Assembly: GCA_015680685.1 (NCBI GenBank)
Contig: MNCI01002110.1
Span: 66,324 to 130,323 of the forward strand
Direction of reading: 5' to 3'
From: Gnetum montanum
Lineage: Eukaryota > Plantae > Gnetophyta
DNA: 64,000 bases
Every line of letters begins with the position of its first letter. Position 1 is the stretch's first letter. The translations under genes and the position numbers were made by a program. Shown here piece after piece: positions 14,552-28,528 of this stretch. The notes under the pieces were generated by a model. It was not told the origin of the DNA, ran no database searches, and saw nothing but the letters and a program-made list of their open reading frames with translations.

Positions 14552-15333
14552 GGATGAGTGGCGAAGTACCCCTACACTCAACCATATGAGTATGAGCGTT
14601 ACACGCACGATTCGGTCGAACTCCAAGGACTAAGTGCTTACGCACCTTATGAAACAATTAAGGTTAATCAATCATTATCCTCCCAAACTTACCTATATTT
14701 ATCACAGTTGTATGGTTAAGTAAGTTTGAGGTATGTGATTTTTATGTCTTTTCTCTTTTTAATGCCTATGCTAAGAGAGGAAAGGGTGAAGAGACTAAGT
14801 AACTAACTTTCACTAACTAAGCTTTAATCATCCTAGCATCAGTATCCGTTCCCACTTGTTGTACACACTCTGAACCAGTGCAATGCTACTGGGATTACCA
14901 AACACTATTTGTTACTAGGTTACCAAGCGTAGCACACGTGCTCGAAGCGGTCATACTGAATGCACTTAACTAGGAGTTGAGGGTTGAGAGAGATTAATTA
15001 TCTAAAAAAGCATTTAAGCATTTAACATTAATTAAATCATAATTAGCCTAGTCCATGCACTGCAAAGGTTATCAGAAAGTTCATCTTTATTTCCGTACAC
15101 AAATGTGTGCTCAGGTACAATTTGCTCGAATAAAGATCCATTCACTTTGAGACTCCTACTGTGGGCACATGGAAATTATTCTATCTCTGGAATGGTAAAA
15201 CTGCCAGAGTTTCGCTAAGGGTCTAGATCTAGATTGAGAAACAAGGAAAAGCCACCTCTTATTTATAGAACTGGTGAAGGGCTGCGATATCGCGTATGCA
15301 ATATCACAGCCCATGCGATATTGTGTCCCATCA
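14552..15333 (-). repeat. 5' LTR of the 8268-15333 element
   Basis: Direct repeat of 8268-9069. The inner terminus is mutated (GGATG for TGATG). Confidence 0.9.
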
Positions 15334-15899
15334 AAGGTTGTGATGGAAAAGGAAGAACAAGACTTATGAAGAAATGTTTCATAAGTTGATAAGCTAAGAC
15401 AAGAGTGACTTAGCAAAGTATAAAGAAGTTGGTGCAGTTAAAGTTTGGGAGGAACTTATTGAAGCACCATAGCCTAAGAGGAGTTTAATTGAAGAATATA
15501 ATTCGTAACAATGAAAGTTACGAGTAATGGTTATAAGGAATGAGGTCAATTAAGAATCCTTACAAATGATATTTACAAAGAGCATGAATGTGATAAAATT
15601 ATTAAATTAATAATATGAAGATTAAGCATATTGTCAAAATATCAATCCTAATAATTAGAGTTGTCGAAGAATGTAAAAACATACCTACCTACAATATCTT
15701 GGTTAATGTTTAGCTAACAACCTAAAAATATAATGTCAGAGGAGCAACAAAAATCAATCACTAAAGTCCCACAAATTAGTTACACACAAGTTAAGGTTTA
15801 GCTAGAACAATCTTTCAAAACAACCCCTAGGTGAGCCAACAATAGCAACTCGCCAACCATACAAGATTAGCCTTAGGTTTAGCTATAGAAAAGATAAGG

Positions 15900-17006
15900 C
15901 TAGAATAAGCAAGGAAAAGCCTTATGCTTCTTCTTCTTCTCTCTCTCTCTCTCTCTTCCTTACTCATCAAACTAGCATAGTCTCTTCTTACTTGGGAAAT
16001 AAAGTAAAAACAAAAGAAAAACTCCCATAATTAATAAGATGAAGGAGACCTCAAGGCTTGGGCAAAGACTTGTATATAGAAGTTTATATGATGGAGAAGA
16101 CTAGATAACCTATTCGTCAAAAATTTGTTTTATTCATGACATGATGGCTACTTAACTTGGACAAGCAACATCATGAGTGAGTGGACATGTGAGAGCGATA
16201 ACACCCAACAAAGTTTCAATTTCCTATTAAATAAGTTCTTATTGTCTTTTTTCAGCAATTAATATGAAGTTATCATGAGAATGTCCAAAAAATAACATCA
16301 AGAATACATCACCATTCTACCCAGTTTTTCTCATTGACTTTTCACTTGTGGCCCCACATTTTGAACTTTTTGAAAGTCATTTTAACTTCATAATGCTAAG
16401 AGGGTTTTTAATTTATTTTTGGCCCTTTTTCTATTTTTCACAATTTCCATATTTTGGTTAGTAAAAGACATTGACATAAAATTTTTACATATATAATGTT
16501 TTACACATTTTGAGCTAACAAAAACAAACACAAATGTGCCATAGCTACTTGGGGAAAAATTAAAAATTTCATTGAACCAAAGAAAATATAGGCTCGCAAT
16601 GCTCTTTTTTTTATTATTTGTTTAACATTAAAATTTTAAAATTTAGAAGCCAAATCAAGAAAATAATTATAGATTTATACTTTACATGTAAAATCAAGCT
16701 AGTCCACCAAAGTTGAGTGTAATCTAATAATATCCAATTTTGACATAATTTTAGGAATTAAGTTTGTAAATAAATTAAAATTTCCACTAAAACACAAAAA
16801 TAAACCATGGATTCTGTTTTCATTAATTTTGATAATTATGCATAAATAGTAATTTTGCTTAAATCACCTAATCAAAAGATTTCATATTAATTTAGAAGTA
16901 TTAGACATAGACACAAGCTTCAAAACAAGTTCAAGTCTAAGTATTATTACTTACAAGATATAAAATAGAGTATTAAGGTCACATGTATAGATGTGGGGTA
17001 GTATAG
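15900..17006. repeat. Old dispersed repeat (probable LTR remnant) homologous to ~21700-22970
   Basis: Colinear similarity from GACCTCAAGG(C/T)TTGGGCAA to GTATTAA(G/A)GTCACAT...ATGTGGGG(TAG/CAC)TA. Boundaries are approximate. Confidence 0.6.
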
Positions 17007-17079
17007 TCATTAAGTATTCAACCTTTTTCTTGAAATAGCTATTAGCTATTAGAAGATCATAGGCTTGAGTGAACTTGAG

Positions 17080-17600
17080 AATAGACTTTACCATCTCATT
17101 TCTCTCTTTGATGTGTCCTCTGTAACCCTTTCATAACTTGTTCTTGTTGTTCCCACATGTCCCTTTGAAATCTCCTCCAATAAGGATACCTTTATGCTTT
17201 GATATTTGTTGCACAAGCACATTTTAAAAAGCCTATAAAGTTCTCTTGACATATCATTCAAACCAACTTGGGCTACATAGACACTTAGGATATTAATTAA
17301 TAACTTCTTTTCTCAAGATAAGCTTAATGCCCATGATCATATCTCCTTGTCTAGTCCTTTTAACTACTTTATCCTTCAATTTTTTATCAACAACTCTCCC
17401 TACTCCATTTTTAACGTTGTCTCTCCATCCACAATAAAAGAGCTTAAATCCTTTACCAATGTCCATTGCTTTTTCTCCCTTCCACGTAGTTTCCTACAAG
17501 CAAACTATGTTGACTCATCTCCTTGTCATCAAATTTATAATTTTGTTGATCTTTTCTATCAATGAGCCTATGTTGCATATTGCTATCCTATCTCTAGCTC
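17080..17600 (-). pseudogene. RTE-clade LINE AP-endonuclease fragment
   Basis: Minus-strand remnants RIAICNIGS, VNIVCL*ETTWKG, NGVG, NILSVYVAQVGL and IGGDFKGHVG. Confidence 0.72.
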
Positions 17601-17753
17601 TTATATTCAACGACCACTTATGCATAGTTGTTTAAGCCATGTTTTTCTTTTCAATGTACAGCTAACATTTTTTTTGGTTGGTTTGGAATAATGCTGAACA
17701 CTCCAACATGTCCAAAACCTATTTTATTAAATTTATTTTCATTGTGGCTACAG

Positions 17754-17866
17754 TTTTGCAGTCCATGGATACAGAATCAAGGAAGGACTTAACACCTTTG
17801 AAATTGAGAAAAAAGGCTGGTACATTTGCCTTGAAGACTGTCAACATTCAGCGTGATTCCTTTAAG
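17754..17866 (+). pseudogene. OVA2: IleRS exon (VLQSMDTESRKDLTPLKLRKKA...DSFK)
   Basis: CAG|...|GT boundaries, open frame. Confidence 0.88.
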
Positions 17867-18211
17867 GTATTTGTGGTGTTAAAGCTTATACATGTTATCA
17901 TGGAGTGTGCCATTACCCAAAACTAAGGGAATTGAGGTGTTCCTCTGCACCTTTCTAGAACTGAAATCACATTTAACATGAAACACAGGTATTACAATGC
18001 CCCCGTCATAACCTGTGTTTGCAACTTGTTGGTTGATAAATAAACAAATTAGCCGTTTTGTTACCACCTCATTGACATTCTAAAACAAGAAAATATGATT
18101 TTATTTATTTGTACTATTCTTCATTGAATAATGATTACGTAAGCTGTTTTTGTGATGTTAGATAACATTTTTTCAAGCTGTGTTTCAAGTCATATCTGTT
18201 ATCTGCTGCAG

Positions 18212-18280
18212 AGATATGGAGTGTGGGGTGACTGGGATAATCCTTATTTGACACTTTCTCCAGATTATGAAGCTGCACAG
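18212..18280 (+). pseudogene. OVA2: IleRS exon ([23 protein letters not shown])
   Basis: CAG|...|GT boundaries, conserved motif. Confidence 0.9.
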
Positions 18281-21013
18281 GTTCAGCGAATTATTTTTCT
18301 TTCCTTATAGATCCGCCTTCATATTTCTTAGACTATTGTAATCTACAGCATGTATTCTTTATTTCAATACATATCATTTTAAAGGCAGATTGCTTGTGGG
18401 CCAAATGCCTTGACAATGCCAGTATTACAAGTGCAGCACAGTTGCTGACGTAAAAGATTTGCCATTGCTAATCCGTAGGGTTTCAAGTGTTGCATGGTTT
18501 TTGACTATTGACAAGGAAAAGGTGAACCAGAATCGGTTTGTGGAAATGCTAAATATTTGAAAAGCTGAATGAGATTAAATTTAGTGCCGGTGAAATCTAA
18601 TGATCATGCACGTAGTGTTTTTAGGCTAAGAAATTATTGGTTGAGCTACAATACCATTGGTATAAAGTACAAGTAAAATTTTAAAAAAAAATTAGTGAAT
18701 TTGGAGTTAAAATGGGTGAGAGAAACCTATATTTAATGGAATCTATAGGACCCTTCATAATCAATCTCTAAAATTTTACTACAATTTTCTTTTCCAAAAT
18801 TTTCAAAACATCAAGCTAGACTTTAGCAACTAATAAGAGTATGACAACATAATGGTAGGTTGATTGCAAGGCCTAGGTGACTTCTTACCTTCATTGACCT
18901 TAACATGTTGATGACATAGAACTTTTCTACTCTTCATAATTCTAACAATTATGAATCAATTGCATATTGCCAATCTTCACTAGTACTATGATAACTCAAA
19001 GAATTGCTTAGCCAAAGGTGCTGACTGTCACTTCCCATCACCTATTTCAAGTTCTGTTTTACAAGTAACACTAATGAATGTGGTTGGATGTTATTCAAAT
19101 TTTCTACTATGTTTTCGCTAAACAAGATAATTTAATTTATAAAGGCTTTAAATAATGGCTAGGGATAAAAAATATATAGGCTTCAACAACATTGCCTATG
19201 CAATGTGGTGTTGCAGTCTCACATTGAGGGCTATCTAACTCAAAAAATCTAGTTGCCATCTAGCTGGGAGTTGAGTTATTTTTATTTTCTATACTACACA
19301 AATAAGGCTTGACTTAACCATCATTTTTAGACTACACTTTCATATAACCCCAAGATAGGTGACTAGGGATCATATGTGAGATGGGTACACACTTACGAAT
19401 CATGCTTGCATCATCGAAAACCTTTGGGTGTTGTGCAAGTCAACCTCATGGGTCCAATGGCTCAGGATATTAAGCCTAGGTAAACATATATACAAATAGG
19501 GTTGGATAGTGGTGCTTATCTCTACATCTAAGGCAAGGTGTTTATAAGGACATAAACAATGCAACCCATCCATTTAGGGTAGGGATATGAATATATTATT
19601 CAAAAAAGTATTTAAGGTCCCCTAAAATGGTACATACTTCATAGAAGGCACACCAACCAAATGCATCATTTAATTAGTTACTAGTTTATTTTTATAAAAG
19701 ACAAGTAAACATACTTGTATATTTTCTTTCTGTTCTTTGCCCACATAAAAGAACCTTTTTGCTGGTACATTTAGGGATTAGTACATTAAAACAAGAATAA
19801 ATGAATAATGAATTGCTTGCATAAAAGGAAAGTCTAACTATGACAAAATTTACAATGCATTGTCCTTGGCATTTCAAGAAAATACTTTAAGAAACTTTTA
19901 ATATTTCATATTGCAACTATCATCCGTTCTAATAGAAAGAAAACAACTTTGGATTCTACTTTTCAAATGTTAGCCAGAGCACGAACACATGAAAAAAGGA
20001 AGAGGTATAATGACCAAAAATTGCTATATTTTGTCTTCGCGTTCATTAGGAGCTGAAGTTTTATGGAACAGAAAATTGGATGATTATTTTGTTTCTTTTG
20101 TTTTCTCAAGTTTTGAAAATGTAAAAGGGGAAACAATACTTTATTTTTTTAATTTTTTTTAATTGCAACAACAGGGTCTGTTCATGTTTCACACCAAAGA
20201 TCATGGCTGAGTTTTTTTCACAGTTTAAATAAGGTGATAAGAATTAAACAGTGCTTTCCTCCATCATGCGGCATTCTATGATCTGAATTTTGTTCTCTTA
20301 AAGAATCTGAATTTGTCTTCTTTCCCTACTGACTTATAAAGAACTTCACATAGACCCTAGAAGTTGCATGACAATTGAAAGCCTATACAGTATAAAAAGT
20401 GGACATAAAATGTTGTTCTCTTTCACACTCTGATTTTCCCTCTATTTTTAGCAGATTCTGTCTCTAAACTAGGAATCATCATAATCAAAGAACTAAAATC
20501 TGATTTGAAGCAAACAAAATAAGTAAATTCCATGTAATCATATGCCAAATTTAAAGGAGAAAACAAAAAAAAATTGAAATGTACCAAGCTTGATTACCAT
20601 GATGGATTAACATGGTGCCAATGTTTTGGAATCTTCATTATTAAGTTTTCTAGCCTCGTATTTTCACATTGAGAGAAATGTGAGCTTAAACAAAGTACCA
20701 ATTAATAATAAATTGGGACTTGACAACTCTCTCAACAAATCCCACAACAACAAAAAACATGTCCACTCCACTTTCCATCATGAAAAAAACACAATTAATC
20801 ATCAATATACATAATTCCCTTTTTATTTTAGTGAGTGCTCAATGGACCCTTTGGCCATTTAGCTATCACACATTATGTATCTCCAAGCCTAGAGCATCTT
20901 GTAGCCCACACAAGAATCACCAGACTTGGCTAGAATGATGGGGGACATTCATTAATAATGTTCACAAAAACATAAAATACTAAGTGCACATAAATAAGAT
21001 CATCACCTAGAGC

Positions 21014-21145
21014 ATCAATGCTCATCCTACCAAGTAGGGTCTTGGGAGGTTCGGTGGATGAGTGAAAGCCTAACCTTTTCAAGTGGTTGCACCTAAGCTC
21101 AAACCCATGTCTTTGAACTTGAGAAACAAATAGCTTACCATCACT
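21014..21145. mobile_element. Degenerate SINE copy (Au-SINE-like)
   Basis: About 130 bp similar to 56483-56607 (CAATGCT.AT.CTACCAA...GGGTC...GGAGG...GATGAG.GAAAG...TCAAGTGGTT...ACTTGAGAAACAA). The Au assignment is from recalled resemblance only. Confidence 0.45.
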
Positions 21146-21259
21146 TTAAATGATGGTACATACAATGTGTCAAATTAGCATGGGAATTGAACTTGTGGCT
21201 TCCAAATCACAAGTTGCATGCCTTAACCAACTGATCAAAAAACTACTAACTCATAAGCC

Positions 21260-22970
21260 CAGTACATTATTGCCAAAAATCATATCTATGACTAGTGAAA
21301 GATCCTATGCATGACTCACAATTCACAAGAAATCCAACATGCCCCGATGAAACAATCCTCAACTTGTCCAAGATAGAAAAGAAACAATCATCACTAATTT
21401 AGCTACAATAAAGGTATAGAATACACTCTCTAGAAATGGGTTAATCAATTTCAGGAAGAAGAAGACACTTCAGGTATGGGTTATTATCCAGTCAATAGCC
21501 TCAGTAATCAAGTCAAAACAACAAACCCAAGGTGGAGCCAAAAACTTCTAAGAACATCAGAGATAGATAGTCCTTAGAGTCAACCTCTACATTCTCCAAA
21601 ATCTGCTACAAATAGCCTCTAATAGTGGTAACAAGGTCAGCCTTCCAAGCGTCAACTAAGAACTCACAAGATCACTCAAGATAGTCCAAAAGATAGACTG
21701 AGAACAAGCAAGGAACATATACCTTTTCTTTTCTATATCTCTTTTGCTCTTCAAATTAACATAGTCTGACTCACTTGAAAAAAGGTGAAAACAAGAGCAA
21801 AATATTCACGATTTATAGGATGAGGATGACCTCAAGGTTTGGGCAAGATTTGTGCACAAAAGGCTACACAATGGACAAGAATTGGACATCCTATGCACCA
21901 AAAATCCCTTTTTTTATTCATGAAATGATGATTATTTGATTCGAACAAGAAAAATCTTAAGTGAGGAGATATAAGTGAGAGTGACAACACCTAAGAGAAC
22001 CTTGTGCCCCTATTAAATGAGCCATTTGTCCGTTTTTTCTACCATTAATACAAAGTACACAATATAGTTATTAAAAATAGATATCACCATGAACATGTTC
22101 AAAAGGTAACATCAAGCACACATCACCATTCTACTTAATTTTTCTCATGGACTTTTCACTTGTGGCCCACTTTTATTCTTTTTCAGCCATTAATATGAAG
22201 TAGACTATAACTATATTAAAAAAAGATGTCACCATGAGCATGTTCAAAAATTAATATCAAACACACATCACCAATCTACATACTTTTTCTCATTGATGTT
22301 TTAGCTTGTTTGAAGTCACTTTAACTTTATAAGGCTAAGAGGGTTTCTAATTTAGTTTTGGTCTTTTATTTATTTTTTATAATTCCTATATTTTGGCCAG
22401 CAAAAGTTATTGATATTGAACTTTCTATACATAAAATGTTAGACATGTTGAGTTAGTTAAAATGAGCACAAATGTCATAACTACCATGTTAAAAATTAAT
22501 ACTTTAATTGAACCAAAGAAAATATGGGCCCACAAGGTACTTTTTTAACCATTCACCATTAAAAACTCAAAATGTAAGACTCAAATCAAGAAATAACCAT
22601 AGATCTATATTCTACATACGAGATCGAGCTAGTCTATCAAATTTAAGTATAATTTGGAAACTTTGAATTTTTGATGTAATTTCATTAATTAAATATTTAA
22701 TAAATTAAAAATTCCAACAAACACCAAATTAAATTATGGATCCAATTTTCCTTAATTTCATAGTTAATAAAAATATATTTTCTATCTTAAAATAATAAAT
22801 AATTAGAAAGAGATTATGAATAATCAATAAATTTCCTAAATCACATAATAAAAAGTATTAACTTAGATGCATTAGTCACATCTACAAATCTATACAAGCT
22901 TCAAAGCAAGTTCGAGTCTAAGTATCTAATAGTAGTATTAAAGTCACATTTACAAATGTGGGGCACTACA
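21260..22970 (-). repeat. Probable solo LTR remnant in an IleRS intron
   Basis: Right end reads TGTAGTGCCCC on the minus strand (LTR-like start). Homologous to ~7600-7750 and ~15900-17006. The left boundary is uncertain. Confidence 0.55.
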
Positions 22971-23566
22971 GAATCCAAACACACAGTATCTACAACATGG
23001 GAAAATGTGACAGATAAAGGTTTAATGATTTCATGGTCCATTCTTAACAAGGGTAATTTCCAGTCATTGGCAATGTTAGACAACAATTTTTGTTAGCAAG
23101 CATTATCGTAATAAGGATAAATCAAAACTATGATAATCTTATAGCGTATTTAGTATAATTACTACTTTTAAATTGGTTTGTTTCATTGTTGAAACTAATG
23201 ATGCTTTGAATTCTCTAGGTAAAGCCTCTTTTTGGGTTGTCAATATCTTACTTGAGTATTCTAGAGTCACATGTCAAGAATAGATCAGTTGGTTTAGTTG
23301 AGGCATAAGTCTTTGAATGCTACAAATGGCTATCCTGGAAATTATATTTTTGCATGCAGCTAGCTTAAAATCTTTGTCATGACCCCATGTTTTAATTTTA
23401 AATTAACAAACAATAATTAATGTTTAAGTTGTTTTTCCTTAATAATTAAAGTGCTAATAATCGAAGAGGTTTTCTAACTTATGAGATGATGTAGAATGTT
23501 TAATTACATAGTAGAAATGCCATTACCTAACTGATGATCAACGTTATTCCTTTATGATCCTATCAG

Positions 23567-23674
23567 GTTGAATTATTTGGGCACATGGCTTTGCTAGGCC
23601 ATATATATAGAGGTAGAAAGCCTATTCATTAGAGCCCTTCATCATAAATTGCACTTGGTGAGGTTGAATTGGAG
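23567..23674 (+). pseudogene. OVA2: IleRS exon with two stops (VELFGHMALLGHIYRGRKPIH*SPSS*IALGEVELE)
   Basis: TAG at 23630-23632 replaces a conserved Trp and TAA at 23645-23647 replaces a conserved Arg. Confidence 0.9.
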
Positions 23675-24067
23675 GTTTGATTGCTTTCATCATTTTTTGA
23701 GAGAATTACTTTTTTTGTCTCTCTTGTTATGTTGATAGTTGATAGTTGATACCATTACTTATTTAAATGCTTTCCTTTATGAATACTAGACAAAGGCCTT
23801 TTAATATTTAATTTAAGCATGACACATTGTCCCATTTCTTTTTAGTTTATTTATTTTCAATGTTATTTTGTTATCAATAAGAGGTCTTTCCTCAAATAGG
23901 TTTCTCATCTCCCATGATGTCTTAATTGATTTCATAATACACGACATATTTTAACAAGCTATTAATTTATAATTAGGTGTTACGAACATATTCTAACCTT
24001 GAATTTGGTAACAACTATAATCCTGAATTATTTTATGTCCTTAATTTGTTTTGTTTTTCCTTTTTAG

Positions 24068-24218
24068 TATCCAGAAGGTCACATCTCAAAAAGCATCTAT
24101 GCTTCTTTTAAGCTTGTCAAAGTACTTGATGGTGTTTCTGAAGTGTTAAAGGAATTTCTCTCAAATGTAGGTCTAGCTATTTGGACAACAACTCCCTCGA
24201 CAATCCCTGGGAATGCTG
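24068..24218 (+). pseudogene. OVA2: IleRS exon (YPEGHISKSIYASFKL...LAIWTTTPSTIPGNA)
   Basis: TAG|...|GTAAG boundaries. The editing-domain TTTPWT motif carries W>S. Confidence 0.9.
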
Positions 24219-25813
24219 GTAAGCATGGGCTGCAAGATGTCCTTTTCTTACAACTTTGACAATTAACTACTTTGAATTTTACTTCAAAGTACTCCAAACA
24301 GGTAGGCATTGCATGTGTTTTCACATATATGGTGCAATTAGACTACATGAGTGCTATTGGTTTTTTTTGGATTGTCATTGCAAACAGAATGCTATTTTGA
24401 TATGTATGTTTTTAGTCCCACATTTCACATTGATCTATTGATCTTTGTTTATTGTTTCCAAGGGATATTTGAATAACCTTTATTGTGGAAGACATTCCAT
24501 TAAAATTATATCTTTTACTTGAATAGCCAGGTTGCTTGTCAATTAAAAAATCAAGGTTATCTATTTTTGAAGAAGCGAAAAGAAGATTCTCCTCATCTTG
24601 TTGCCTTTATCCCATCAACATGGTCTAACCTGTTTGGATAGGCAAAGGATTTGATGTTGTTTTTCTATGGATAGTTATTTATGTAATGTTATGTTCCTGA
24701 ACATATATTTTTACTGTGCCCTCAGGTAGCATGTGTGTCAACATGCCCTTGGAATCAAACTTATGACTTGCACAACCATAAGCTACCTGTTATAACCAAG
24801 TGAGCTACACCTTATTGACAAGGGAAAGGAAGATTCTATTAATCATAAAATTTTGGATTACATCCAAAAAATATTTGTGATCTTAGAGATCTACCATGGA
24901 ATTTAAAATTAGTCTTATGGCATCAAATCATTTCTGAAATTGGTTTACAACCTCCTAAATCTTGCTAGTTTCAAAGCTTCAGGTATCGTTAATGTACATG
25001 CTCTCCCTAACCTGTCTCTAGGCTGTTTTCACTATATTGAAAGGTTTGGTGATTTCCTTCCTTATTCTAAAAGACACACTTTTTAGCAAAGCAACCCGGC
25101 TTTTATTTGTGCATTATTTTCCACCGGTACATATGTTGTCCAATAATATTGCAATTGTGCCAATAATATGGCCCTTCTAAAAATTTTATGGTATAATTGA
25201 AATACTTCTTTGTCACTTGCATTTGCATTACATGCTTATTCATTAACCCTCATGCTAGCATTCCCAAAAATGCCATATTTCACTAATGCAGTCTTTTAAG
25301 CCTAAGCCCAACACATTTTCATGGACAGCATACTTTAGTACAATATATAAGGGGTGAGTTTCCCTTTACCCTTTCCAGGATCCTGCAAGAGAGTTTTATC
25401 TCAAAATTTGACATTATTGGTAGTTAATAAGCATGACATTGAAATCCTTGGAGCAGCTATATTAAGAAGCTTACCGTACCAGTCAATCAATCTTTGAACC
25501 ACTGTGTACAAAAACTCTAGTCTACTTATTATTGTAATTTGTTCCAAGAAATAGTGGCATAGTCGGATTTGCCTCAAGGACCAGCTAATTTATGTCACAA
25601 TGACATTATTAATATTTTGTTTCTCTGAATGATTGACATAATTATTTTAAAGCCATTTATATCACATCTGAAAAGTTAATTTAAAGAAGTTTGCTTTTGT
25701 TTCTCAAGCATTTTTTTTGTCTCCACATGGTTTGATTAAAGACATTTGTCATTTATCTTATCTGTCATGTTGCCTTTTAGACTAATCCTTAGTTCACTTT
25801 TGTGTGATCTCAG

Positions 25814-26060
25814 TTATTGCAGTGAATGACAAGCTGACTTATGCAGTGGTTGAGATATGCCCTTCAGAAAACATAACTGAAGAAACAAATAATAATAATA
25901 AATCAACCAAAAGGAGAAGTATGTTTCTTTCAATGTTGGAAAATAGTTCGGTGAATCAATACCTTGTTGTAGCAGCAGATCTTTCTGTTCTTCAGAAAAA
26001 GTGGCCTGTTGGTCTTCATATTAAAACAACATTTCCTGGTTCCGCTCTTGAAAATTGCAG
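25814..26060 (+). pseudogene. OVA2: IleRS exon (IAVNDKLTYAVVE...FPGSALENCR)
   Basis: CAG|...|GT boundaries, inside ORF 25804-26088. Confidence 0.88.
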
Positions 26061-26864
26061 GTATACATACAAAATTCTTCTGGTATGAGGGCAAAGTATG
26101 GTCAAACTTTTTAAAACATAGATATATTTGTATGGAGATTTTATATCTATTTTGGATATGATTCAATACTGTATCTTACTACCTTTTCTTTTCAATATGT
26201 TCTAGCCTTTTTGTTCTATTGTTATTTGTTGGAGCCAGGAACCATAGGACAAGTCAGGTTTACATTCCAGAAACTGTGATACCATTTTAATGATGGTTAA
26301 AATTGTATACAAGATCCAAATGGTTTCCATGGATGTGATTAATAACATCATTTTCAGTTTTGCTTCAGTTTCAATTTTTATACATAGAAGAATGGGTTTC
26401 TCTGCCATGTAGATGTTGATGATGTTGGGTTCCCACTTTTCAGGATACTCGAGCTTCGGCCGTCGAAATAATCCACCGAAAAGAAGTCCTAGACATGCTA
26501 CCTAGGAATGTAACATAGATATCAATGCTGTAGTAGGCAAGAAGCCTACTATAAAATATAAATATGTTACCAGGTTCTAACAAAAGAGCCCAAATTTAAA
26601 TATGTTACCAGGTTATAACAAAAGAGTCCAAATTGTTTTTTTTGACAGGGTAAATGTTAAGTTTCCAAGATAACACAAATTGTGATTTATGAAATAACTT
26701 ATATTTTGAAAATACGCTTGAGCGTATATGTATCCTGGGACAATGAGAGGATTTTTGTGTGCATAGNGAGCGTATATGTATCCTGGGACAATGAGAGGAT
26801 TTTTGTGTGCATAGTTTTTATCCTAAAATCATTTTATTTAAGGGTTTGTATTTTGATGTTCTAG

Positions 26865-27188
26865 TTATATGCATCCCATTGAAAGTCGGGAGTGTCCAGT
26901 TGTAATTGGAGAGGATTAAATCACAACCGAATCAGGAACAGTGTTGGTACATACTGCTCCTGGCCGTGGCCTGGAGGATTTCTCAACAGGTATAAAGTAC
27001 AGTCTTCCGGTTCTATCACCTGTGGATGAACGTGGGATGTTTACTGAGGAAGCTGGACAATTTTCTGGTTTGGATGTCCTTGGAGATGAAAATTTGGCAG
27101 TAATGAATGCAATGGATCAGAAATTGTCATTCATAATGGAGGAAAGTTATGGGACGATNGTTGTCATTAATAATGGAGGAAAGTTATG
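26865..27188 (+). pseudogene. OVA2: IleRS exon with a stop ([34 protein letters not shown]...MEESY)
   Basis: TAA at 26917-26919. The 3' end is duplicated around the N at 27159 (assembly artefact) and the donor GT is at 27189. Confidence 0.88.
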
Positions 27189-28329
27189 GTATGATGCTTT
27201 TTTCTTCATTATCTTATATTATTGTCAATCTATTGCATTTATAGTGAGTAGAAGTGTTTTGCTGATGTCATAATGCATGGATAAAAGCCATGTGGGCATA
27301 ATCAGTATTTTGTCATGATAATTATTTATTTGCATTTTAAAAATAGTTTGATCAATAATATTAGTTAGCTAACTTCCCATCCAAATCGATGCTTCACTTT
27401 ACGGATGGACCTCCAACACAATGCTTTTTAAGATTCTTCCGGTGTGAGATTTTCTGGTGAGCATGTAGTAGCTATCTTCTAGGTTGTTCTATGAGAACTC
27501 TTTCAACTCGATATATAAGTGTGTCTTTTTTTCACGGTAGAATGGTTATGAATCATTGGGCAACGGTTATTAAAAAACCAGGAGGCTAGCAAGCAAAGAT
27601 AGTCACAAAGGCAAGTAAGACTGCAATTAATCAAGGCTTGCAATGCCAATGTATCTTTTGTCGTCTTTTAAATCCCCAGTTAGTATTATTAACAAAATTG
27701 AAATATTAGACATATCATTTCTTTGGAGGATGTTTTGTTCAGGCCATCAGTAGCATACTATTGCCTAGGGTGACGTTTGTAAGCCTATTACTAGTGGAGG
27801 TTGCATCTTAAAGAGCTAAAACAAGTCTTATTAGGTTAGCCATTCAAATTATCACAAATGATGACAAAGACTAGGTTGAAGATGTAAGGCATAAGTACCT
27901 ATACGGAAATGTGCCTCTATTCAACTATCATATTAGTGTAAATGCTAGTGCATTTTGGAGAAGCATTGAAGCAGTGAAACTTATTGCTCAGCAAGCAATT
28001 TTAAGACTAATTAATCTTACTGTTATGCGAGTGTAATATTTGATAAGTCTTGAAGTAGAACACTGCCTGTGTACAACTTTAGTGGAATTAAAAATTGATG
28101 TTGGCACCATAAACATAGGCATATGACTTTTTCATGAGCATTTTGTTAAAATTGTCTATTTCAACTTCATTTGTAGTCTTGTATTTGTGTAGTGGCTCAC
28201 ATAGTAAAAGCCACTCCCTTTTTTGGTTAAAAAAGGCAATATACTCTTAATGCAAATTAAATTGATCATTTCTAGGTTAGTACTTAATTGTTAAGTATTG
28301 TTGATATATAATTTAGTTAATGGTTTTGT

Positions 28330-28528
28330 TTGTGGAGGGCACATTAAATGTACAGATATTGTAGATAAACTATGTGGATAGCTTGTTAGATGGGTTGGTC
28401 ATATTAAAGGAGCTTAAATAATGAACCTTTGAAAAGAAGGTTGCTACACCATAGTTTCAAGAAGTCAATCAAAAGAAGTATTGTAGCCAACACTATATTG
28501 TTAGGGAAAAGTTATGATGATGATGATG
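28330..28528 (+). mobile_element. RTE LINE 3'-end remnant
   Basis: Encodes LLRWVGHI (cf. LRWFGHV) and ends TTAGGGAAAAG followed by (GAT)n. Similar to 53275-53585. Confidence 0.5.

Larger units (their letters stand above)
8268..15333 (-). mobile_element. Complete non-autonomous Athila-like Ty3/gypsy LTR retrotransposon (gag and protease present, RT/RH/INT absent)
   Basis: Two ~790-bp LTRs and a 5-bp TSD AAGGT at 8263-8267 and 15334-15338. PBS lies next to the 5' LTR and a PPT-like tract next to the 3' LTR. Decayed gag and protease are followed directly by the 3' noncoding region shared with the element at 1-4255. Confidence 0.9.

Noticed and set aside
19330-19600. Possible TRIM or small LTR remnant
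   Set aside because: No second copy, PBS or TSD could be identified.
24745-24810. tRNA-like A/B boxes on the minus strand (also ~21180-21235 and ~63685-63750)
   Set aside because: Too degenerate to fold as tRNAs. They are probably old SINE heads and are not called as genes.
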